64,000 nt of DNA, taken from assembly GCF_009914755.1 (NCBI RefSeq), contig NC_060935.1; one strand, written 5' to 3'. Below the pieces are notes generated by a model. It was not told the DNA's origin, searched no databases, and worked only from the letters and a program-made list of their open reading frames with translations. Within the stretch, counting starts at the first letter, position 1. Each line of letters opens with the position of its first letter. Position numbers and translations under genes: made by a program. Source of the DNA: the human T2T-CHM13v2.0 reference genome, Homo sapiens. Shown piece after piece: positions 42,082 to 55,933 of this stretch.

Positions 42082-42514
42082 CAGTGGTCCCCAACCATTT
42101 TAGTACCAGGGACTGGTTTCATGGAAGACAATTTTTCCACAGACTGGGTAGTGGGGTGGGGGTGAAGGGCAGGATGGTTTGGGGATGATTCAAGTACATT
42201 TATTGTGCATTTTATTTCTATTATTATTACACTGTAATGTATAATGAAATTACAAATCATCATAATATAGAATCAGTGGGAGCCCTGTGCTTGTTTTCCT
42301 ACAACTAGGCAGTCCCATGTGGGGGTAATGGGAGACAGTGACAGATCATCAGGCATTAGATTCTCATAAGGAGCATGCAACCTACATCCCTCACATGCAC
42401 AGCTCACAATAGGGTTTGCTCTCCCATAAGAATCTAATGCCACCACCGATCTGACAGGAGGCGGAGCTCAGATGGTAATGCTTGCTTGCCCATTATTCAT
42501 CTCCTGCTGTGTGG
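42082..42514 (+). mobile_element. MER1A (hAT-Charlie), right end missing
   Basis: cagtggtccccaacc...gggactggtttcatggaagacaatttttccac...catcaggcattagattctcataaggagc...ctcctgctgtgtggc. Confidence 0.9.
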
Positions 42515-42640
42515 CACAAAGATGGGGATGGAGAAAAATGGAAGTATACTGTTATAAGAGTGGTCCCCAACCATTTTGGTACCAGGGACTGGTAGACAAT
42601 TTTTCCACAGACCAGGTGGTGGGGTGGGGGTGAGGGGCAG

Positions 42641-42856
<216 letters not shown>

Positions 42857-43719
42857 TCAATTTTTAAAAAATTTTCAATTGTTATTGAAAATTTCTGCAT
42901 TACTCTCTCAGTAATTAATAGAGCAAGGAGGCAGAAAATGAGAAAGTATATAGAAGAGTCAAATAACACTATCAATCAAGTTAACTTAATTGATGTGTGT
43001 AAAACATTTCACCCCCCCCAAGAGTGAAATGCACATTCTTCACAAGTGCATCCAAACATTTAATGAGATAATATTTTATAGGCTAAGCTATGAAATATGC
43101 CTCAACATTTTTAAGTTGACAGAAATTACATGAAGTATGTTTTTAAGACACAATGAAATTAAACAATCAAATCAACAATTTAAAAAATCTTTAAAATCTT
43201 CCAAAATTTGGAAATTAAGCTACCTGCCTCCAAATCAAATGATCCATGGGTCAAAGAAGAAAGCATGAGAAAAACAGAAAATATTTTTAATGGAAAGATA
43301 ATAACAACTCAACATGAATTAAGATTTTGAGATGCATTTAAAGTGGCACTGAATGAAATTAGATGTGATTGTCCTTAAATGCTTATGTAATAAAATAAAA
43401 TAGGCGTAAAATAAATTATATAAGCTTTCACCTTAGGAAATTAGAAAGAGTAAATTAAACCCAATATAATTAAATAATATACATATACAATTTAAAAAGT
43501 GTATTTCATAATAAAAGTAGATATAATTTTATAACCATATTTGACACTACTTAGAAAAACTGGAAGGAGCTATATATTTTTTCAGAAATTATGTGTATAA
43601 TTTGATTAATAAACACTATGTGCAATTTAATTATAAGTTCATTCTCTAGCTGTAAATAGATATTTATTTGTCCATATATGTCCATTTCTAATGGTTTGCT
43701 ACATACTTGTAGCTTTAGT

Positions 43720-44220
43720 TTTGTTTACTAATCAACATTAATGATGTGCCTATTATGTGCAGCCTTTGCGAGATGCCAAAACCATGCATGTGTAAGTATC
43801 ACTCATGCCTTCACATACAGTATATTACAATCCACCACAGAAACAGACAAGAAAACAAATTACTACAACACAGCAGGTGTATGACTAGGTGCCAAGGCAA
43901 TCTGAGGAGAAGGGAATGACGAAGGCTCTCTTTCACTTGGCTCCCTTGCTTCAGGTACAGTTAGAGATAAGGCCGTGCCTGACATGGGGTCATGAAGCAC
44001 AAAGTCTTTACATGCTGTTCCTTCTCTTTGAAGGCTTTGGCTCCATAGTAGGTATGAGGAGGAATGAATCAACAGCACATATAGGAGATTAAAGACAGAG
44101 TAATGATCTGTGGTTAAATTGGCAAGTAGGATTGGGATTAGGCAGGCCAATGGGGAAAGCAGCCTAAGGAAGGAATATGGTAAGGCCAGTGATGCAGATG
44201 GAGGCAGATTATAAAATTCC
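43720..44220 (-). mobile_element. L2 remnant
   Basis: tcaacattaatgatgtgcctattatgtgca...acagacaagaaaacaaattactacaaca. Confidence 0.55.
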
Positions 44221-47200
44221 AATCTGATCTTTGGGAAATTTATTATTCATCTTTATGACCTACCATTCTCAACATGGCCAAAAGCAATGCATAGAAGGGA
44301 TTCTGAGTTCACCAGATTAAAGACACCAAAGGAAAAGTTGCAGTCATGTTTAAACTAGCAAGGAAAGGAGAGGATATGCTATTATATTGAATAGAATTCT
44401 GAAAGATTATCTATTTTAGCATTATTTTTCTTAATATATTGTGTTTAGGCAGTTCTAACAAGGTTTGATCATTTTATCTATTTAAAGACTTGCTCATTTA
44501 AGCAAAGGTTAAACCCCAGAACATTTTAATACCCAATAAATCCATCAGATGTTAGGTACATGTGATTTTTATATGGTAAACTTGAGACTTGCCTCTGTCT
44601 GTATCATTCCTAGCCAAGCCAGTAGACTACAGGTCTCTGATTCTACAGGTATCAAGTGGGGATGCTTATTTTTGAAATTACTTATTTGAAGGACCTAAAA
44701 AAAATTGAGACTCTCAGTGAAGAGCTTTTCACTATTGTTTTGTAGGGAGTCCAGGCATGCCAATTTTATTTCTTAAATAAAATTTATGTATATATTACAA
44801 GTAGGAATAGCAAGCAACTGATTTTATAGACCACTTAATGTGGCCTTTAAAATATACTTTAAGTAATCAAATGTGAACAAAAGTATATGTCTATATTTTG
44901 GTTAAACTAAAAAACAAAAAAATGAATTATGCATAAAATGTATTTTAGTAAAATCAAAATAGTTATTAAAACTAAGAATGAAGGGGACACTTATAACAAC
45001 ATTTGCCTTGCTCCATACTAATTACTTTCATATTAAAATAATCCTCTTTGGCACTTTAATCCTTGAAAAAATCTCCACTTAATTATATGGGAAGTTCTGA
45101 CCTGTAATGTGTTTCTCTTTTGCCAAAAAGCACTTGCTGAAGCTAAATATGATTGTGGAATTTGGGGAGCGCTAATTTCAGTTCAGTTTGGCTAGGCCAG
45201 TGTCTGTAATAGTTGCAGTGCTTTGGGTTTATAATTTTTTGCTTCCCAGCCCAGGATGTTTTGTTTCCTTTCCTGTTGCTGAAAAGCAATCTGAAGCAAT
45301 AGCTTTGAGCTGACCAACATTACCATTGCAGTACAGAAGGAAGAGAGTTGCTTCTATATAAGCAGCAGCACCACTAGATGTATGGGCTACTGTTACACTC
45401 AGGTGGGAACTTTGCTTTGCTGCAAGTGAAGGTGCTAAGGGTCTGTACAAGGAAACATTCATAAGTCCCACTTTACCAATATTTTCTCCCTCCCAAATAA
45501 CAGCCATGAGTCCCTTAGCCAACACTGTCTGCCTTGGGATTGAGGTTAATTACCATGATATCATTTAGATGTTTGGGTTTGGATTTGTTTTGGGTAAAAC
45601 AAATTTGGGGCAGCCCAGATTGATGTGAATGAATGATTTAATGTGCCAACTCTGCATTTCAAAAGAGCATTTCCATGCTAGATTTACCTATTGAGAGATA
45701 AACATTGGCATGGGTACATATCCATATTTAATCATGGAATATGTCAATAGTCTCAAAAAGCCAGTTGCAATAATAAAAGGCATACCTCTGCAATAGGGAT
45801 AGTACCAAAATGCATTTCAAAGCCAAATTAAAATGGAAGCACCCAATTACAAAATTCATTCTATTGGCCTGCCTGAATACAAATGCTAACAAGCAGTCTG
45901 AGTACAATCAGTCCTTGTAAACTGTTCAAACCAAAATGAATAAGCAAACCCACTCCCCTCTTTATGTTTCCTTCTTTATGAGAACATCGAGTGTGGAGGC
46001 ATTAAATCATTTGTCCTCATCCTCAACAGCTTCTTCATAATAGATCAGTTAAACTCGGGAATGTTCTTCTTTGGCATTTTTTATATCATCTGGCTGACTG
46101 TGCAGGAGCTCCATAAAATGAAATTGAAAGTGGCTGCATTTTAATGAATATACTTTATTTGATAGTAAATGAACTTAATCAATAAAATTCAGCTTACTAC
46201 ATAGTTTACTGAACTTTTGGTGGGAAATAGATCCGGAGGTCAGTTAGAAAAAGGAATTAACCAGCAGCCCCTTTTCTTCCTTAAGGCCATTTATTTTTCT
46301 CATTGGACAGGTAAAGGTGTGGGGAAAAAATGGCCTCAGTTAAATATTCTGATATTGAAACTGTGTCATACACTTTTGTATTAGGAACCGTGCAAACACA
46401 GAATTTAAGGCAGAGGCAAGGAAGAACCTAAAAGGCAACAGAATGCCCAGAATCTCATATGAGATTTCCCAGTATTTTAAGCAAAGTATCAGTGCCTAAG
46501 TTTTTGACTCTTATTTCTCTTTTAAATAGACACGGAAAAGAGTTTTCAAAAATATCTTTCTGAACAATTAAACCCAAGTATTATATAATTTTACCTGTCA
46601 TAATATAGCTTCAGATTAGCAAGTGCAAAAAAAACTTAAAGTTCAAAAGGTCATATTTTCTTTATGCCTTTATCGTTATATCCTTTTATACCACACACAT
46701 TCAAAGTTTTTATAGGATTTCAGAAATATTAAATATGGGGGTACTATCATGGTCAAATGGAAGAAGGCAGTTTTATTGTCTATTAACATTCACAGTACAG
46801 TTCAGAAAAGTGGCAAAGCATATAGTTCCTTTATCAGGTCAAGTTTCTTGTGCTTAAGAATCCTAAAAGCTGTTCTTCAGGAAGCAAATATTAGAGCAAG
46901 CAGTATTAAATTTCTTTCTCATTTTGACTAAGTGAAATGGAAATTTCAGGCCTGGGGCCCAGCTACTGCTCCTTCAGTAAAATGAAATAATAAAGGACAG
47001 CGGACATTTTGGGCTACCTACCCTTGTCCTGAAGGACCAAGATACTCAAAAAGTTTGTGTGTGTGTGCAATGTGCCCAGGGTGCAAACCTCTGGGCCAGG
47101 GGATTGTCAGAACCTAGGGATCCCTAGTCTACTGGCAGAGGGAACTCCAGGAATTGAGAGTGCTGGGGCCAGGACCCTATCACCGCTCAGCCCCGTATCC

Positions 47201-49989
47201 CTAGATCTGGGCTCTGCAAGTTTCATTCAACCCGAATTCATGGACTATAAGTTGTCTCCAACTTTTTATAGACTTTGAGGTCCTCTAGAGCAACCTCTTA
47301 ATTATATAGATGAGAAAACCTAGACTTAGGTCTCCTTGGGCAAGAGAATTAAATGGAACATGACCTCCTGTTAGATTGTATGGCCTGCAAGAGCAGGGCC
47401 AGTATTTCTCTAGTGTTATGGAGCTCTATGTCTCATTGTTTAATTATTGAGGGGATATTCAGGAAAGAAGGGTAACGGAGGCAAAAGCATTCACTTTACA
47501 GCTTACCCTCAGAGGTAGTGCCATCACTTCCATCTGCCTGTATTTTTCTAGCAGAGAGGTTGTTATTGATCCATAAGGGTGGGAGCTGGGGTGAAAGGGT
47601 GGTAAGCCAGGAGGCAGTGCAACCATTTAGGATTTACAGCCTGGAATATCACGTTTTAGCAATTTCTATTTCAGATTTGAATTAAGAGCCCAGGTGAGAG
47701 ATGTTTATTTGGGTTTGTGGAAATTCAGTTGCAAAACCAATGAATATTATTTCCTGAATTGTTAGTCCCTACATATATCACTACTTTTAAACATTGGCTA
47801 AGAATTTACGGCCTCCTGAAAAACTCCCTCTCAGGCAATAAGATATATCACCTGTCACTCTGCCATCTGGACCATAATCTCCCTCCATTGGTGGGATGGA
47901 AACCTTAGTTGAAATTAACTTTTCAGAGGGATAGTTCTCCTCAAAAGTGTTGGAAGTCTAGAGAGAATAACTGTATTTTCTTGGCTTTCTCTACATCTGC
48001 TTTATCACTTGACTACATGTTCTCCCAAATCTATGATATCTTTCCAAAGAGTACACACTGAAAAATGCCTCATGACTCAAATTGCTTTTAAAGATATTAA
48101 CTCCTTTTTACCTCTACTTTGAAACATACAGATCCAAGATGTTATTCACCGAAGGCCCAACTTTAGAGTTTTCCACATTCTGTAACTACTTTCACATGAC
48201 AATTGCATGTGTATTTTTATAATACTGGTGGGGACATTACTAGATTGATTTTTATGATTCTGTAAATATCATCTGTGCCCATTGTTCACTTGGAACAATC
48301 AACAAGAATCCTGCTGGATTTTAGTGGCCACCTTTTCTTCCCTGAAATAAAACTACCAAAAATTGCTTCAGTGAAAATTTCTGTCATTTATTTAAGTCAT
48401 CACTTCCTTATTTTATGCCTATTGCTCCCATCCCCTAGTGTACATTAAATTTGATTTATTCTCAGAAAGCCCTTAGCATATCTTGTTTGCCTGCAGCTTA
48501 GACTCAACGGGAAGTCTTCCTTATAACTTTTGAAATCTAGTTAGGCGCTAGAGCTAATATATTTTCCAGTGCATGGATATGAAGGATTATTCTTTCCAAA
48601 TGACTTTTTTTCCATTCAATTTGAAATTCTCAAATTGAGTACATATTATATCTGTTGGCCTCTCCTAAGAATCATCTAATCTGTCTTGTCCTTCAAGAAC
48701 AGATTTAATTATATTTTTTGGTTGTCCAAAAATATGACGACAAAATAAAAGTTGAATCGAATCATGAAGTGGAGACAGGACTGAAAGCCATCCAGTTCAA
48801 TATTGTCATTTTCTGGATGTTATCACTGAAACCTGAGGTCACATAGGCTGTTTGTGATATGATCAGAAGTAGAACCCCACATTCCTTCTTAGATTTAGCT
48901 TCTCTTTGGACTCTCACACCATGTTATGAAAACACTTTCTCAACCAAGTTAGTTTATTTAAATATGGCTATCTAGAAAGTGCAGATCATTGCATACATCT
49001 GTCTTCCCTACAACATTTTTATGCCACATTAGGCTGCAGCTTTGAAGATCAAAATAATAACAACATAGTGTCTCTATGGAAACAGGAGTTTCATCAACTC
49101 TGGTAAACCCTTGGCACTTATTAGATACCATTAATGGGATAATTAAATTGGATTGATGTAAACTAAACTGAGAAGCTTTATCTCCTGAAATTTCCATCCA
49201 GTTTATCTCCGGGGACCATCCAAACCAAAATTAATCTCTTTTCGGCTTGAACACTATTCCACTAATGAGAAAACCCATGTTCTTCCTTGTAGCCTGAAGA
49301 ATAGCAGTTCATTAAACTATTCTTTGAATAATCCAGTTTTCAGTCAAGCTCTTCCACAATCCTGATCAATATTCTTTGGTGTTAAGAGCTTATATAAAGT
49401 ATGGGAATTCATAAAGGGCAGAATTGACCTAGACTCAAGACATTGAATACCTGCAGACAATTGTTTTGTATGAGAGGTCTTTAAAGTATAGAATGTCTTA
49501 CCATTATGCCCTGAGCAAATGGTCCTTTGCCTGACACATACTAGGCTCTGGTGACTATGTCTAAATGACTGGATCTAGCACGGTCTTACTGCTCCCTTAG
49601 TTTTTCATATTGAGCCTGTGGTCAAATACCACTCCCTTTCACATAAACTTCAGTTAATTTTACATACTAAAGCTTAAAGCTTTTAAGGCTAAGCATTTCA
49701 CCCATCTCAAAGATGAGCATTCTTTTCCTGCTCTCAGTGTTACTACCTGCCAATGTAATTCAGTCTACTTCCTGAATTCAGATTTTATATAATTTATTCC
49801 TTCCAATTTCTTTTCTCCTAGAAAAACAGGAAAAAATATTCAAGACAAGTGAAAGAAGGAAGTGAAAGATCTAAGACCTATGGAAATGTCAATATTTTGC
49901 TAATGTAAACACAGAAACTTTGTGTACATACCAGGTGCCATCCAGAGAGGTAGCCAAGGAATACTGGCCTGAAAAAAACCTGAGTGACT

Positions 49990-50790
49990 AATAGGTAATA
50001 CAGTAGATGATTTAGAGCAAAAACCTGAATCGAAATCCCGGCTTGGCCCCTTTCTGTATGTTATTGGGCAAACTATGTAATCTCTCTGAGCTTTTGTCCT
50101 CATTTTAAAAATAGAGGCAATATTTATATAACTATCTCACAGTAAGAGCTAACATTTATATAGTAGCTACTATGAGCAAGGTACTATTGATTTATTAACT
50201 CACTTAATCCTCATGTAGCCTTTGAAGTGGGTATTGAATTCTCATATATCCCCTAAATAGTGGGTGTTATTACTGTCTTCATTTTATAGAAGAAAAAAGC
50301 AGGTTCAGAGGGGTTAACTTTCACTAGGCACACAGCTATTAAGTGGTGGAGTTGAGATTTAAACCCACGCAATCAGCTCTAGAGTCTTTGCCTACAGGCA
50401 GTACACCATACTGCCTATACCAACATGAGCATGAACTCCAGGATATCAACTTTATTATTCCTTTTTTTATTGCCATCACTCCCCTCAGCAACAGGAAAGA
50501 AAAGAGAGCACTAGGCTAGAAGGAAGACTGGAATCCATTCACAACTCCTTCCTGACTAGCTCTGGGACTGTGGGCAAGTTATTTTATCTCTCCGAGCCTC
50601 AGAATCCTCATCTATAAGATTAAAAAAGCATGTCCAGGAATTCATGAATTCATGCTTAGAGATACCCAAAGAGTAAGGCAATGAATGGAACAGGCTAAGG
50701 TAAACTCTGGCAAAAGAGAAACACTTTACCTCCATATTTAGTACATAAATTACATGAACACATAGAAGCACTCAATAAAATAGTAGCTAA
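49990..50790. mobile_element. MIR cluster (+ about 49990-50140; - about 50145-50415; + about 50500-50790)
   Basis: acctgaatcgaaatcccggc...tctctgagcttttgtcctcat; aggttcagaggggttaac...gagatttaaaccca; gactgtgggcaagttatttt atctctccgagcctcag. Confidence 0.8.
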
Positions 50791-51579
50791 CATCATCATT
50801 ATTTTTACCTCTCTATTCCAGCCCTTATACCTACAGACTTTTTAACTGCAGGAAAAGTTAGAAATACTGTTATCTCTGTTACCATCACCACTGCACGATT
50901 CCAGAGAAAGCTGTTGGTATAGAAGAGAAAGACCTTCAAGAGAAAGACCAGAGGAAGGCCAGCCACCAGCCCATTTCTGAGCCTGTTTAGTCTTCCAGCA
51001 AATTGACCTTGACTTTTTGGCCAGCTCTGAGCCAGCCACACAAAAGACTCTTTAGACCCAAGACTATAAATGCACAGTGTTCTGGAAGCAGTCATAACCT
51101 CCTAAATCTACTTAATCCCTTAATCCCCGCCTCCCAGCAAGGCAGGAGCCCACACAGGATGCCTGCCTCAGCTTTCACCGGAGAGCATCATCAAGGGCCA
51201 GAGCCCAGTCTCAGCCTCTCTGCTCCACTCATGAGGCCTCTGCTCCAAACTTCTCAAACCCTACACTTCCTGCTTTCAGAGGAAATGTTCTTGTGCGTTG
51301 CTGGAGTTTGCTAATATGTAAGTGATGAAATCCAAAGTACATTTGGTATTTGGACAAATGTCAAATGTTTTCCCTGTGCACCAGATATGAAATATAAATG
51401 AGTTAAGTAAAAAAAAAAAAGTAAAAAGCTAGCAGGCTGCTCAGTGAAACACTGAACCTCCTATCTGCACTGCTTCTCTCCTCAAATAGAAGACTCTAGA
51501 AAGGTGAATAGGATTCCCACTACATTTCAAAATATTATCTGCATTATACCCTCACTATTGTCATTAGTCCCCATGACAG

Positions 51580-51730
51580 CAGGAACAAAAAGAGAACACT
51601 GGCTAAAAGTTAGTTAGAAAGCCTAGGTTCCATTCACAGCTCCTTCCTGAGTAGTTCTCTGACCCTGGGCAAGCTACTTTACCTCTCTGGGCCTCAGAAT
51701 CTTCCCTTGTAAAATGATAACATCTGGAGG
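51580..51730 (+). mobile_element. MIR fragment
   Basis: tgaccctgggcaagctactttacctctctgggcctcag...tgtaaaatg. Confidence 0.8.
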
Positions 51731-51892
51731 TTCCCTAAGCATGGAACTCATGCTGAGAGAAGCCCAGAGAATAATGCAATGAGTGAAACTGACTCAGGAG
51801 TCTTCTTTTGACAGAAAAACACTTTGCAAATTTAATACATAATAATATTCTCCACTTTAATAAAGAAATATGCTCAATTTCATTTCTTAATA

Positions 51893-52020
51893 AATGTTTT
51901 GTTTTAGAATAGCTTAAGATTTACAGAAAGGTTGCAAAAATAGTAGAGCCCCCATATACCCCACTCCCAGTTTTCCCTTTTGTTAACATCCTGCATTAGT
52001 ATTGTACATTTATCAACATT
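51893..52020 (-). mobile_element. L1MC/MD-type 3' end
   Basis: ttttagaatagcttaagatttacagaaaggttgcaaaaatagtagag...cccactcccagttttccc...ttaacatcctgcattagta. Confidence 0.75.
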
Positions 52021-52058
52021 TCTTTCTCTTAAAATATGCCGCCCTCTGAACCTATCTA

Positions 52059-52436
52059 CAGAGGTGGATGCACAGGAATATTTCTCTGCTAGACCCAGAT
52101 AGAGAGACAATAGGGAGTGGAGGAGACTGCAATTAGCAGGCACAAATCCCAGCTATGGGAAGAGCTGCAACTCAGAGTCAGCTGCTGGCTGTGCTGCCAC
52201 ACCAAAATGGAGGTTATATATTTCTATGTCTCTGAGGAGGGGAGGAAATTATTTGTTTGTTTGTTTGTTTGCTTGCTTTAAGAGAATCTAGAAATGTAGA
52301 TTTTTTTTGTGTGTGAAATGTACCAGTTTTTAAAGTTTGGCTCATTTTTCTTTTCCTTCTCAAAACACTATTCTGGCCAAACAAAACAGACATGCTCATG
52401 GAATTTTGCCTGTGACTTTCCTTTTGTGATCTCCAG
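52059..52436 (+). mobile_element. MER102
   Basis: agacaatagggagtggaggagactg...aagagaatctagaaatgtagatttt...aaaacactattctggccaaacaaaaca. Confidence 0.75.
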
Positions 52437-52444
52437 TCACATTA

Positions 52445-52840
52445 GTTTTGATGGGCTAAGGTCAAGGTATCAGCAGGGCTGGTTTCTTCTGGAGACTCTG
52501 AGGAAAGAATCCATTCCTTTGATTTTTTTCAGCTTCTAGTGGCCACTTGTATTCCTTGGCCTCCTTAATTCTTGCTCCATCTTCAAAGGGCACCACTCCA
52601 ATCTCTGCTTCTGTTACTAATTACATCATCTTTTCTTCTGACTCTGACACCTCCTGTATTCTTCTTCTAAGAAGTATTATGATTACACCGGGCCCATCTG
52701 GATAATTCAGAATAATCTCCCATCTTAAGATGCTTAATCACATCTGAAATTCTTTTTTGCCATATAAGGTAACATTCACAGGTTCCAGAAAATTAGGGTA
52801 TGTGGACATACTTCAGGGGGTCATTATTCAGTCTACCACA
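52445..52840 (-). mobile_element. MaLR LTR, MLT1C-like
   Basis: tcaaggtatcagcagggctggtttcttctggagactctgagg...ttgccatataaggtaacattcacaggttccag...cattattcagtctaccaca. Confidence 0.85.
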
Positions 52841-53469
52841 TTAGTTTAGAAGCAAAGTTCCCTTCCAGCTTTTATAAGAAAATATTCTCTCCCAGCTCAC
52901 TCCTAACCACAGAAGTCATTCTTATGATTCCATCTTCTTGGACTCCTATCAGAAAAGCCACTTTGGCAAGTATTTGTAGGGCAGATGCCGTGTGCCCAGT
53001 AGTGTGCTAAGAACACAAGGGAGGAATGATTATAAAAGAACAAATATTCTCTTCTGTTCCAAAGGTTTCTGCTGTACTTGTGAAAGGCCAAGAATTACAG
53101 AAGGTGCAATGCTCTAAGAACTCACTTGACTTGAAAGATTTTCATTAGATCTAGAGGAAAAAAATTAGAAGGTACACATTTATTTTTGTAGAAGAATAGT
53201 GTTTCATATCATCCATTTACTGACACTTGACAGAGCACTCATGAGTCACCATTCCCACATAATAGAAGCTCAATAATCCGCACTAGGGAAGAGACAGACT
53301 GTGAAAACATAGGCCCAGGATGAGGGTTATAAGAAAGGTCAGCATCTCTGAGACGAAACTTTTGAGGGTGACCCAGCCAGGACCACTTTATTCCTCTAAC
53401 CTAAGCCTTATACCTGAATACTTCAGCCATAAAATATCAAGCAGGAGGGGCATCTTTTCATTGGAGCCC

Positions 53470-54025
53470 TGAAATGGACATCTTTTGGAGTATCTGTACC
53501 ATATGTAAATCAATTGGGCATTTTTTGGAGTATCTGTACCATATGTAGATCAATTACCTACCCATTTTTCTCAGGAAAATACAGCTCCTTCTAAGTCACC
53601 GAAATACATTCTTGGCATTTCTTTGTATTGCTGACTACACTTGATTAAACCAAAGTAGGTAACTGATGCATACAGTTCCAACCCTGGACATTTAGAATCA
53701 AAACCAGGAGTCAAGTTAGTTGAGGCCTTTAACATAAAACTTTGGAAGTAGAAGCACCATCACCTTTTCCCATTGTAGACTGGGGATGTAAGAAGATAAT
53801 CAATTGAGAGAGCAATCAAGGCATGAAATCATCACACACAGAGAGTAAAGTGATACACAGAGAGGCTCATGGCTTTTACGTTTCTACTTCCAGTCACTTC
53901 CTGAGGATTTGCTGCAATATTACCCAAGTTCCAAGAGCCGGCCCTGTTTCTTCAAAATAAATTTCCTGTCTTTCCTTAAATGAGAACAAGTTGGCTTCTA
54001 TTACTTGAAACCAAAAGTCATTATA
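53470..54025 (+). mobile_element. Old MLT1 (L-N-like) LTR
   Basis: 3' end aataaatttcctg...gttggcttctattacttgaaaccaaaag. Confidence 0.55.
53475..53555. repeat. Tandem duplication, period 40 bp, 2 copies
   Basis: tgg[a/g]cat[c/t]ttttggagtatctgtaccatatgta[a/g]atcaat twice. Confidence 0.92.
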
Positions 54026-54658
54026 GTCTCCTGAGATCTCTCAAAGAGCTTCCCGTGAAGGCTCCCACCCATGCTGTCTCCACTAAAAATGTCTTCCACT
54101 ATGACTGCATTCAGATCTCTGTCCTTTAGGAACTATTTCAAAAGGATTTGACACCTGGCGCCTGTAAGGCTGGAGAACAGAGGACCCTTAGCCAACAAAA
54201 TTCTCACATCAGAGTAGCAGCAGTGAAATGTTTGGCCTAATTTCTCAAAATAAAGTCATTTTTATGAGTGGTTAATTTTCTCAAGCCCCAGTAGCTGAAT
54301 GCTTTCAGGTAAACCTTGAAAGTTTGCAGGGAATTTATCTACAGAGTCTGGACACTGTCCAAATTCTAAAGAATAAACTGGGGCTTGATATACACTTATT
54401 TGGTGCTTTCACTTATTAAACAATTATTGAAAGTATGTAAAGACAGATTTACTCAGTGTATTCCACTTATAGAATATGTTCGCCTACAGTGCCACATTGA
54501 TACACACAATTGTCCAATGAGAAAGATACGGCAAGATCCTGTATTCCCATTTTATAGATTAAGGAGGAGTTAAATAATTTGACCTAGGGAAATGGCACTG
54601 AATAATATGGCACTGAGCCCCTAAAGAGTAAGTATCAAGTTGAGCTAATCTTAATATG

Positions 54659-55933
54659 TGTATTAGTCCATTCTCAAGCTGCTATGAAGATATACCTAAG
54701 ACTGTGTAATTTATAAAGAAAAGAGGTTTAATTGACTCTTGTTTCCACATGGCTGGGGAGGCCTCAGGAAACTTACAATCATGGCAGAAGGCACCTCTTC
54801 ACAGGGCAGCAGGAGAGAGAATGAGAACCAGCAGGGGAAATGCCAGACGCTTATAAAACCATCATATCTCATGAGAACTCACTATCATGAAAATAGCATG
54901 GAGGAAACTGCCCCTATGATTCAATTACTTCCCACCAGGTCCTTCCCGTGACATGTGGGGATTATGGGAACTACAATTCAAGATGAGACTTGGGTGGGGA
55001 CACAGCCAAACCATATCATTCCACCCCTGGCCCATCCCAAATCTCATGTTCTCATTTCAAAACACAATCATGCCTTCCCAACAGTCCCACAAAGTCTTAA
55101 CTCATTTCATCATTAACTCAAAAGTCCAAGTCCAAAGTTTCATCTGAGACAAGTCTGTTCCACCTATGAGCCAGTAAAATCAAACACAAGTTAGTTCCTT
55201 CCAATATACAATAGGGGTACAGGGATTGGGTAAATACACCCATTCCAAGTGGGATAAATTGGCCAAAACAAAGGGGCTATAGGCCCCATGCAAGTCTGAA
55301 ATCCAACAGGGTAGTTATTAAACCTTAAAGTTCCAAAATGATCTCCTTGACTCCATGTCTCACATCCAGGTCACACTGAGGCAAGAGGTGGGTTCCCACA
55401 GTCTTGGGAAGTTCCACCCCTGTGGCTTTGCAGAGTACAGCTTTCATGGGCTGGTGTTGAGTGTCTGCAGCTTTTCCAGGCACATGATGCAAACTGTCAG
55501 TGGATCTACCATTCTGGGGTCTGGAGGACAGTGACTCTCTTCTCACAGTTCCACTAGGCAGTGCCCCAGTAAAGACTCTGTATGGGGTCTCCAACCCCAC
55601 ATTTCCCTTCTGTACTGCCCTAGCAGAGGTTCTCCATGAGGGCTCCACTGCTGCAGCAAACTTCTGCCGGGATATTCGGGCATTTTCTTACATCCTCTGA
55701 AATCTAGGTGGAAGTTCCCCAATCTCAATATTTGACTTCTGTGCACCCGCAGGCCAAAAACCACATGTAAGCCACCAAGGCGTGGGGCTTCCACCCTCTG
55801 AAGCCACAGCCTGAACTGTACCTTGGCCCCTTTTAACCTTGGATGGAATGGTTTGGAAACAGTGCACCAAGTGGGATTATGGGAAATACAATTCAAGGTG
55901 AGATTTGGGTGGGGAAATAGCCAAACCATATCA
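54659..55933 (-). mobile_element. Internally deleted THE1 (THE1C-like) MaLR provirus: complete LTR 54659-55018, THE1-int 55019-55870, LTR stub 55871-55933
   Basis: LTR tgtattagtcc...aaaccatatca; internal ttccacccctggccc...; second aaaccatatca end; perfect 5-bp TSD atatg (54654-54658, 55934-55938). Confidence 0.93.
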
